Below the pieces are notes generated by a model that was not told the DNA's origin, made no database searches, and saw only the letters and a program-made list of their open reading frames with translations. The position numbers and the translations under genes were made by a program. DNA of 64,000 bases from Saccostrea cucullata (Eukaryota). The DNA lies in the NCBI RefSeq assembly GCF_032062105.1, contig NW_026921725.1:1-64000 (forward strand). The letters are read 5' to 3'. This document shows, piece after piece, positions 53,801 to 64,000 of the stretch; the first letter of the stretch is position 1; each line of letters opens with the position of its first letter.

Positions 53801-54922
53801 GGAGTCCCTTATATCTATGTATGTTGTAAATCCCATCCTGTTTGGTTGAAAACCAAGGGAGTTATAGCCATTTCAAGTTTCAGCCAATCAGATTGCAGCA
53901 CACGTGCATCCGCGTGATTTCATGATTTTTTTTTTCTAAATCATATTGTAGGATATCCTAATGCATGGCTATGTTTTAAATTTCAAAGCATTTCATCAAA
54001 AAACAAAGGAGATATATAGCCATTTCAAGTTTCAGCCAATCAGATTGCAGCACACGTGCATGCGCGTGATTTCTTGAAAGTTTTTGTATATCATTTTGCA
54101 GGATATCCTAATGCATGACTATGTTTTAAATTTCAAAGCATTTCGTCAAAAAACAAAGGAGATATAGCCATTTCAAGTTTCAGCCAATCAGATTGCAGCA
54201 CACGTGCATGCGCGTGATTTCTTGAAAGTTTTTGTATATCATATTGCAGGATATCCTAATGCATGACTATGTTTTAAATTTCAAAGCATTTCGTCAAAAA
54301 ACAAAGGAGATATAGCCATTTAAAGTTTCAGCCAATCAGATTGCAGCGCACGTGCATGCGCGTGATTTCATGAAATTTTTTCCATATTATATTGTAGGAT
54401 ATCCTAATTCATGACAATGTTAAAAATTTCAAAGCATTTCGTCGAAAAACAAATGAGATATTGAGATTATTGTTTCAGCCAATCAGAGCAAGGCGCACGA
54501 GCATGCGCGTGAGTTCGTGCTAATTTGACCATGTCATAACAATAACACTATTAATATATCCTTATGTATTGAGTTTCAAAGCATTTCATTAAAAAATTTA
54601 AAAGTTATAGCTATATTAAGTATATCAGTCAATTCACTCATTTCACGCGCACGCACGTGCAGGCGTATGCGCGCAAAATGACCTTCGTTCCGCACACCTA
54701 CACTACACACCTATTAACCCTAAAAAGGTTTTAGCTCAGTTGGGTGAACAGTTTCTGAGAACACTCGCGGACAAAAAAGTACCGGAGAACAAATAAGAAA
54801 AATAATAATAATAATAAGAAACAGAGTAAAAACAATATGTTCCCAAACTCCGTTTGGGGAACATAATAATAAGAAACAGAGTAAAAACAATATGTTCCCC
54901 AACTTCGTTTGGGGAACATAAT
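50841..54922 (-). mobile_element. Helentron/Helitron-like family E trimer with 147-bp internal repeats
   Basis: Three 3' ends (aactagtgctaattgtaacgg...ccgttac hairpin) at ~50842, ~51925 and ~53444; two heads at ~54815-54922; subTIR atgttccccaaacg. Confidence 0.85.
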
Positions 54923-56529
54923 TATATGGACATAAATTGTTTATGCCCACAAGAACAGAGCAAAGTAGAGAGAGAGGGGGGGGGGGGAATTATATATCTA
55001 TGCTTGTTTTTGCTGTTACTTGTATTTTGCTATATTTTTAGGACACCAGGGTTTCAAAGAATGCATGACCAGGAACACATTTATAAAATTGTCCCAGCAC
55101 TTACACCTCAATAACAACACTACACAAGGACCGCCAGGATCTCCACTGTATGACAGTTATCTAAATTGTTTCATTGTCTATTATGGATATAAAAATTTAT
55201 TTTAAATATAGTAGTCTAGTAAGTAGAGCAGTATATGCATGTCAACATTGAGTATTTTTTTAACATATGTTTTATTAGCAGTGCATTGTCACCTAAGTAA
55301 TTCAAAACATTGTTTGTTTTTTTTTTGGGGGGGGGGGGGGGGGTGTCAATATTAGTTGTGAAAAAAGAACCCTTGATTATCCATATTTGGTTTCATTTTG
55401 TAGATTGCATAAGATTCGTCCTCTGGTAACTGCAACACGAAAAGCATTCAAGAAGTATTACAAGCCCGGAAAATGTCAAAGTATTGATTAAGGAATGGTG
55501 AGATACAAGGGGAACCATTACGCCCGCCAGTATACTCCATGCAAGTCAATAAAAAGAGGACTGAAGGTATAATCATTACTTATAATGTAAAAACTAATAT
55601 CTGTCAAAAATAGACAAGGAATTAATGGGGTGTGGGGTGTGGGCTCCATTTCTGTGGCTTTTTTTCAGAATCCTCAACACAAGCCATTAACAGTTTAACA
55701 CCAGTTCACTTTCTCCTTGTACATGTAGACTCATCATCTTAGGGAGAAAATGACACGTTTTCAAAAATCATTTTGTGAGCTTAGTGCTAAAAGTACATCT
55801 AGTTCATTTTGTGATTGACTTTTTCTTGATACAAGTCAAATTTCCTTTACAGATACGAATGCGTTGTGAGCCCAGTGGGTACACACATGGTTATAGACTC
55901 TACCTTTGTCGATATGATGAAATGGAAGGTCAAAGCATAGGAGAGAGACTAGTGAACCTCTATGCAAGGATATCAAGTGGAAAGGTCATCATGTCTTCTT
56001 TGACAGGTGTGTAAATGTACCTGTTTTAATTTTTTATTCATTTATGTGTGTTAAAATATATGCTTTGTACGTATAGTCTTTAAGTTCCCAACTATTCTTG
56101 CAATATCAAGTTTTTGAAATGATGTTACAATTTACAGATTTTTCACTTCAATCCCCTTGGTCCAATCTCTAGAAACCTATGGGATATATGCTTGTGGAAC
56201 AATCAAGACCAACAGAAAGGGGTTTCCCATAGAAAAAATCCTAACTTACAACATGGAGATGCACAACAACTGCAACATGGAAACATGGTCCTTACAGTGT
56301 GGAACGATAATAAACCAGTAAGATTAGTATCTAGTTTGTTGCAATTTTCCTTCAGTGTTCCGAAGTTTCCTCCAGAAGTAACATTGTATGATAAAACTTT
56401 ACTATTGTTGGTGCATGGATTGTCCACTACATCAAATCCACGGGGAGATGAGCCTGCAGTCAGACAAGTTAGAGGTGGTGGTGCCGTTCTACTTCAGCGC
56501 CCCCAGTCTGTTCAGCACTACCAGGAACA

Positions 56530-58090
56530 CACAGGCACCTGACCTTACTTATTTTTCTTTTAATAAAAAAAATGTACACATACCGAATAATAAACAAGGT
56601 ACCCATCGAAACCCGCCATCTTGGATTTTCGAAGTAGGTCATCACTTGTATTTTCGTCTGAAACTCCGTCAAATAAATTCCCTGCAACCATATTCTTTCT
56701 GTAGCCAGTCTTTCGAGGTCTAAACTTACGGACACTGCAGCCAGGAAGGCGCATTACACTTGCAAATATTGAAAATCCCTCGTCAAACTCGACCTACTGC
56801 TTCAACATTCCGAGAAATCGCCAAAAGGGGGCCGGAAGTTTACATCAATATGCTAATGGGAATTCCGTATTTGTCAGTTTTGTGGTGGATCTAAAGAGGG
56901 GTGTCATAATTACTTTGAAATTTTAATGAATATATCGATTATAGAAATGAAAAAAATGCAAAATGGGAAAAATAAAACACTTCTTATAAATATACCTGTA
57001 AAATATACTATATTAATCTATAAAGGTCGTTGCGTTCGAAACAATTTTGAATATAAGAGAGGGGGGGTGCTTAAAAAAAATCAATAACAAATCATCTAGA
57101 GTTAATTGAATCGTTTTCAAAAAACAATAGACTGCAAACCATCCAGTTAAATATATGTATACATATATACATGGCATATGCTTAATTGAAAAAGGAGAAG
57201 GATCACACTGAAAAAAGGATATGTAATGAAATCAAATATAAGCCTGTGCGACATGTATATGTATAATCTGTCACCAAGAAAAAAATAAAAATGTCGCCAT
57301 GTCACTACTTTATTGCAATACATAAAATTGCAGATCTCAACATTCCCTGGGATAATTTTAGTGTGGAACCCCCCCCCCCTCTCACACACGTGTGTACGTA
57401 CTTATAAAGTCAATCTTCTGCACGGATAGCGCTCAATCAGGGCATCAATAATGACAGTGTTATTATTTATATTTAGTGCATGTAAGTAGGGCCTTACAAC
57501 CAACTCAATTTGTCTCGAAAATGTTCATTGATCAGCTAGCATGATCAGGCCGATCTTCGACATTTACAAAATATAATCGCTTTATTAATCAAGATATATC
57601 GAAATTATTTTGAGAGAAATAAAAAGAATGTTCTTACATGTAAATTACGTTGTATTATTGTCTGAAATATTGTTTTTGGAATAAGTACTAACTTTCGCCG
57701 GTTATTTTTAAAAATAAATCGCACAAATATATTGACCAATCAAAAAAGGGCTTTCCCTAAGAATTTCAAGTCGTATGTAAACTTCCGGCCCCCTTTTGGC
57801 GATTTCTCGGAATGTTAAAGCAGTAGGTCGAGTTTGACGAGGGATTTTCAATATTTGCAAGTGTAATGCGCCTTCCTGGCTGCAGTGTCCGTAAGTTTAG
57901 ACCTCGAAAGACTGGCTACAGAAAGGATATGGTTGCAGGGAATTTATTTGACGGAGTTTCAGACGAAAATACAAGTGATGACCTACTTCGAAAATCCAAG
58001 ATGGCGGGTTTCGATGGGTACCTTGTTTATTATTCGGTATGTGTATATTTTTTTTATTAAAAGAAAAATAAGTAACGTCAGGTGCCTGTG
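56530..58090. mobile_element. Non-autonomous P/hAT-like element, 316-bp TIRs, 8-bp TSD
   Basis: CACAGGCACCTGAC...GTCAGGTGCCTGTG; TIRs 56530-56845 and 57775-58090; TSD CAGGAACA; splits the piggyBac QEH|YFGVD segment. Confidence 0.95.
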
Positions 58091-59479
58091 CAGGAACACT
58101 ACTTTGGAGTGGACCGCTCACAACAGTACAGATCAAAGAATCCTGTTGGCAGACCTTAAAAGAAATTCTGGAAATACTTTATGAATTTCATATTACAAAT
58201 TTCCATTTTCAACAGCTTTCTTCTGTGGTTGAACACCCTGGGCACAGTGAAACCTCTAGTCCATTATTCACTTACTGACTTTTCATAAGACATAGCACAG
58301 TGCTTGATTGGAGACTTCTCTAGTCGTAAGAGGATACGTCAAGTTCAGCCTCATCACCCCCCAATTACAGCAGTAAGTGTAGTATGCTACGTGAGTGTAA
58401 AGGTAAATGAAATTAAGAGGCGAAGCAGATGGTGTAGTTCTCAAGGTTTAAGACGAGGGCCTGTATATGCTTGCAATATCTGCAATGTCCATTTGTGTAG
58501 AAGTGCATTTTTCCAGACATATCACATTCAAAATCAGTTACACCATGTTTAGTATTTTATCTACTGGGTTGGTACATAGTAGATATTTATTATTAGTCCT
58601 CGCCCACTGACGTCAAACACAAAGGCAGATGCACGAGATTTACATGCATGTTTGGCCTCCTTAGTGTCAGACACAGAGAAAGATGCGCACGAGATTTGCA
58701 TGCTTATTTCACATGTAGGCCTCCATAGCTCCTGACCTATCAACCTGCCTCATTTATATTCCGGTAGAATTTTCAAGATATCAACTCCGCTAACTTTCAA
58801 TGAGTTATCACAGAGAATATAATTAGAAATGAAAATATAAATACATGTACAGCTGTACATGTATCTCTTTGGTGCATTTTGTCTACTTAGTAATTCCTTT
58901 CAAAATATTAAGTAACAATGTAAATGTATCAAGATCTTGTATATTTCATCATGTAATCATAACACAGAAAATGTATGTACATATACATGTACCTGTGAGT
59001 TCTTTCAATGTTAACATTTTATATTGGACTATTTCCATTTATATTTGGTATTTTCCGACGCCTATGAAGCATATAAAATACATATAAGAGGCACTGAGTC
59101 ATAGGTCACATAGTCACAGGGTTTGAGAATGTTATAATCAATGTGAGAGTACATGTACTGTGTAAATAATAGTATTATTTTGACTTTTCCTTGGAAAGCC
59201 CAATATGTACGTGTGTGTATTACTGTCTCATGACAGCATCTAGTTATTGAATATTTTTTGTGTGTTTATAGAATAGGAAAGGTAAAAAACCCAACTTTTT
59301 CAGTTTGGTGGCTCGTTTTGTTGCCATGGCAAACCATTACGTCAGACTTTTTTGCATAATTGAAAACTTGAAGAACTTATCTTTCATAAAATATATGGGT
59401 TGCTTTAAGTGAAAGTGACTAGAAAATATCCAATTTCTCTTTAAAAATTTTAAGTCAGTTTTGCAGAAAAAATGCAAAA

Positions 59480-59500
59480 TCTCTGGTAGATAAAGGGTTA
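59480..59500. repeat. piggyBac right terminus
   Basis: ctggtagataaaGGG|TTAA downstream of the transposase; no left partner found. Confidence 0.65.
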
Positions 59501-59501
59501 A

Positions 59502-59630
59502 TCAATGATCATTATTCTATTTATTGCTGTTGTATTACTGAAGTTTCAATTCCCAACTGCTTAAGTACTTTTCCCTTCCTTTGCTGTAAGTACAAAGCAG
59601 TAGAGCTTCAGTCTCGACAGAGACTTCTAG
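59502..59630 (+). mobile_element. Orphan 3' tail of HINE family A
   Basis: Matches ~49005-49127, including agtctcgacagagact. Confidence 0.8.
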
Positions 59631-59789
59631 TTTTTAAATACAAGTCCATTTATTCTGTGAATTGTAAAAAAAAAATATAATACTTATAAAGCTAAACGGG
59701 GTAATAGAAATTTCTAAAAATAATATTTTGCCACAAAGTTTATCAAACAGTAGAAATTTAGTACAAGTATCACATTTCATTTTTTATTA

Positions 59790-60460
59790 GGAGAGAACCA
59801 AACAGAGGGCGATTTTGCTGATAATAATCAACCACGGCCTTCCTGTACTGAGAGAGAGACCCCGGGTGAAAGTCAGACCAACACAACGGATGGTATTTTT
59901 GGACAAGGTTTTCAACACTCTTACTTATCAAGAAATTGGGTAAAAATTACCAGCCGTTAACTCAGACAAAATGGAATTCCGAAAAGAAGGATATGTTTCA
60001 TCAAGTTGTCCCGCGGGTTTAAGGCAGTAAAGGACCACAACAGGAAAACAAGAGTCCAGAAAAAAAAACATCCGTTTGAAAACGAGCTTGATACGATTCT
60101 TGCAAAGGATCCCAATGTAACACCAACACATACCTCCAGCAGTGGCTCTAAGCCCCCCCCCCCCCCCCCCCGAGAAAGAAGAAGGTGTACCCTCTATTAG
60201 TAAAAAGCGCAAAATTGAAAAAATCTGCTTTAAACTGGAAGAAAATACAAATGGGAAATCTTCACACAGTAGTCAAAATTATTGCAAGAAAATTCAAAAA
60301 TCAAAGCAATCATCATCTTCAATTACATGTAGTTTCCATGCTGGGGAATTATATGAAATAAAGAGGAGAGAAATGAAAATGTTGCCAAATAAATGCAAAC
60401 AATGCATAACGAAGAAATGGATCTGTTAAAAAGTGTAATTGACGTTATGAAGAAAAAAAT
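59790..60460 (+). pseudogene. Myb/SANT-like (trihelix) DNA-binding protein remnant, Harbinger-associated type
   Basis: WVKIT..., RGFKAVKDHNRKT...HPFENELDTILAKDPNVTP, C-terminal coiled coil; frameshifted. Confidence 0.65.
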
Positions 60461-61799
60461 ACCTCGATGTTTTTTCTGCAGTATATTTGCTCTTAATTAG
60501 CTTTACCTGTGTTTTTTTACTAGCAGGATGTAAGTATATGTAGTACCTACTTTAATTCAATACACTTCAACTTTTTGTTAATTATTTGAGCCAAGATAAG
60601 TGCCATGTTTTTCAGCTGATTGTGTGGTGTGCTTTGAAGAAAAAAGACAGAAATTGTGATTGTGTAAGAAATGTTTTCAGATCTTGAGGAAATGTCCAAT
60701 TTATCGGTGTAAGATAAATAAAAGATTAACTGTCCTCAAGATGTAGGTCGCATACATTTGCTTAAGATTTTCTTGTAGTAAAACACAGAAATGCATTAAG
60801 AAGAAAGTTATTACATGTTCATGTTTATATTTTTGAATGTTCTTTCAGACTTAAGTTACTACTTTCATTAATTATAATTTTACATGAAGTAACGGTTGTA
60901 TAAAGGGGGTTGGATGTTTAAACATTTTTATGTCATTTTTTAAAGTTTTCAGAAAAAAAGTTGATTGTTGAATTGTAACCAATCAGAGATGGGATTATTA
61001 TGGGGTTTTAGTTTTTGTAAACACTCAACTACCTATCTAGCCTGTTGTAAAAAGATCTTAAGTTTTTGAAGAAAGAGAACAACTGTTGATTGAATGATCT
61101 TTTGTTACAATTTTATTTTTATTAGTTGACAGAGACTTCTGGTTGAATATATAATCATGTTGTCTATACGGTTAAAGCTTTATTAAGACGCGACAGGTGT
61201 GCGATACAGAATTTAGAGCCACTGAATCATATATATTTCTCAAAACAGGAGAAGATGTATATATTTGTTTAAAAAGGATCAGTTGACCAAACTATGGTCT
61301 TGGGCCTTTTTTTTCTACGATGAATTATATTAAATCTACAATCATTTCCGTTATTTTAAACATAAGTGAAGGAAAATGACCTCTTCTGTATGGGTCTAAG
61401 AGTTCGCACCATTTATAATTTTGAAGAGATACTGCAGTATCTATGAATTTTTAGACCATACGATATTAGAATTCGGCCTGGTTTTGTGACCGTATGATCT
61501 TTATTGAATGAAAATGAAATAGGCGGGTTTAAGTACAACAGGGGGACATGCATGCTAGAGGAATCTACCTTATTCAGCTATTTTTTTTTTCGCACAATAG
61601 TCGCTTATAGAGAACATATATCCATTTTGATGACTGAATGGCCAAACATGCTGATTTACTCAATGCTTATATTTTATCACAGACGTGGTTTTGGTCAATT
61701 TGCACAATACTTTTACTAAATTGCATACTTAAATGGTCAACATGAAAATACGCATGAGGCCTCTTTAATTTGGACCAAGCAATACCCATGAAGTTTATA

Positions 61800-61847
<48 letters not shown>

Positions 61848-61869
61848 GTGTCCGTTGTCTGTCGTCGTT

Positions 61870-61907
<38 letters not shown>

Positions 61908-62372
61908 TAACCACTAAGCCAAATTCAACTAAACTTGCTACAAAGTATCCTGGGGTAGAGGGATTTAAGTTTGTACAAATAAATTCCCAAGGGTAGGGTG
62001 GTGTCTCAATGGTGGATTAATTCTTTACATCGAAAAATAAAAGGAAAAATCCCAAGAACAGAAAAACTATGTTTAGTCGTATTGACATGTAAGCATCCTC
62101 ATGTATTGAAGATTTAAATTTGTTCAAATCATGACCCTCTGGGGGAGGGAGGGAAACAATGCGGTATTAAATTCAAGTTATTAAGAAGTAACATATACAA
62201 ACAAAATGTTAAAATAAACTTTAAAAATCTTTCTCAAGAACATCAAAATTGTATGCTGTATTGATATGGGGGCATTCTCAAGTAGTATTAAAATTCAAGC
62301 CCCCCCCCCCCCCCCCCCTTTCAGTCAACTTTTCAATTTAGATTTGATTTATGCTTTTTCCTAGCAGATGTG

Positions 62373-62404
<32 letters not shown>

Positions 62405-62406
62405 AT
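61800..62406 (+). mobile_element. HINE family C copy
   Basis: Head tagctcacctgagccgaaggctcaagtgagct, (GTC/GTT)n, ~166-bp cores, tail ctcaggtgagcgatgtggcccatgggcc. Confidence 0.85.
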
Positions 62407-63116
62407 TTATTTACTGATACTCGGGAATACTTATGGTTAATTGTTTAAAAATTGCCTGAGAACTATAAAATTATATATTCAAATGTTTGTAATTGTGAGT
62501 ATGAAAATTGAAGATTCGCATTCAATCTGTGATTGAAATGCATAAAAAAACTGCCTTTCGGAAAGCAGGTAAAAGGATGCCCTTTTTCAAGCATTAAATC
62601 TCCATAGTATTTTTTGTAATAATCGCTCCAAATGCAACTCAGCTGATTGGTCGGTTGGAAAGTCACGCCGGTGCGACGATTTGTATGAATTTATTCTCAC
62701 GCCAGAAAAGCTCTGTTCATTATGGGAAAGGCAAACTAGATTTTACGATATTTTAAATATATCATATTAGCGCAATTAGGTACAATTTTCTCCTTTCACA
62801 TATAGGTAGATTTCAATAAAACAAAGTGACCAGCCAAAGGAGAAAAAGTTACCTCTTTGCGCTAACATACTTCAAGGGCTTCAAAGAGTGGGGCGGGGGA
62901 AAATGCAATGGGAATTAGATGTAAACAAGATACACCTACCCAAATTAAAGAGCTATATCTTTCAGTTCTAGTACAAGTAGTATTCCTTTAAGGTACACAG
63001 TGCATTCAAAAATGAAAATAAAATTTATACATTTTATTTTTTGCCAATTTACTGGGGGCTGTATAGCACATCATCCTTTATCCCAGATGGTGAAGTATTG
63101 GCAGTAAACACATATT

Positions 63117-63800
63117 TATGTTCCCCAAACGAAGTTTGGGAACATATTGTTTTTACTTTTTTTCTGAATTTTCTTCTCCGGTACTTTTTTTGTCCGCGAG
63201 TGTTCTCGTAAACTACTCATCCGATCTAGGTGAAACCTTTTTAGGGTCACTAGGTATGTTATGTAGATGTGCGGAACGAAGGTCATTTTGCGCGCACGTG
63301 CGTGCATGTGCGCACACGTGTAACGCGTGAAATGACCAATATGATAGATATAGCCGTAACCTTTTAAATTTTTGATGAAATGCTTTGAAACTCATAATAT
63401 AAGGATATAATAGTAGTATAGACATGATGACATGGTCAAAATAGCAAGATCTCACGCGCATGCACGTGCGCTCCGTTCCGATTGATTGAAACAAAAGTCT
63501 TTATATCTTTTTTGTTTTCTGACAAAATCCTTTGAAATTTTGAACATAGTCATACATTATGAAGATCTACAGCATGATATATAAGAATAATCATGAACGC
63601 ACGCACATGCACGTTAGCTGCAATCTGATTGGCTAAAAGTTTAAATGCCTAAAACTTTCTTAGTTCTCAATAATACAGGGTGAAATTTCGAATATGAATA
63701 GATATAATGAATGCCTACATTATTCTACCATCAAAAGTAAATGCAAGGACATCATGCACATGCGCGCACACACAATGCGTTAAACGACAGTATACTTTTA
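63117..63800 (+). mobile_element. Family E copy (5' part)
   Basis: Head tatgttccccaaacgaagtttgggaacata and body match the reverse complement of 54470-54922. Confidence 0.85.
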
Positions 63801-64000
63801 ATAAGTCTTGATGTTCATGCAGAATTAAGAACTTACAAATGTAAAGACATGTAACATACTGAAGCAGATCTTTTTACCCTTGATCTTGATACTTAGGTCA
63901 AGGTCACTGTTGATATTAGCTATTTACCAAAATGACCTTGACCCATGAACTTGAATCGACCTTAACCTTTGACCTTAACCCAAGGGTAGAAAGAACCCCC

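Larger units (their letters stand above)
50173..58552 (+). pseudogene. piggyBac transposase (PGBD4-like), multi-exon, disrupted
   Basis: Acidic N-terminus, WTPTNEREVKAYFGLWILMGI, HKIRPL, SID*GMV, VFFDR|FFTSIPL, ACGTIKTNRKG, WNDNKP, GVDRSQQY, C-terminal CNICNVHLC. Exons near 50173-50668, 55042-55155, 55404-55566, 55853-56006, 56139-56317, 56411-56529 and 58099-58552. Confidence 0.9.

Noticed and set aside
56469-58184. Mirror-image ORFs on opposite strands
   Set aside because: Produced by the 316-bp TIRs.

Overview
AT-rich eukaryotic DNA with spliceosomal introns. The repeat families resemble those of bivalves/oysters (inference). No clear host gene is present; the window is a deeply nested transposon cluster. 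Left to right: (1) a decayed Penelope-like RT. (2) A ~16-kb element (1301-17264) bounded by ~190-bp inverted repeats with CACTA-like tips. It encloses an ISL2EU-type convergent gene pair: an apparently intact 9-exon SWIM + YqaJ (lambda-exonuclease-like) gene and a dead DDE_Tnp_4 transposase split by a P/hAT-like MITE, which itself holds a Helentron-type HINE. (3) A Harbinger pseudogene split by an internally deleted Gypsy, whose 5' LTR is split by a near-intact 5.5-kb hAT-like element (7-bp TSD). That transposase ends in a spliced-on Spindlin/Tudor-like module. (4) Kolobok-like remnants. (5) A HINE expanded to 13.8 kb by a young Gypsy (identical LTRs), a mini-HINE and a 7.2-kb CAC..GTG/5-bp-TSD (Transib-like) element with no recognisable transposase. 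(6) An intron-rich piggyBac pseudogene holding a self-nested Helentron-like trimer with 147-bp CCAAT/E-box repeats and a second P-like MITE. (7) A Myb/SANT remnant and more HINEs. Boundaries were read by eye from TIRs/TSDs; family names rest on motif recognition, not database searches.
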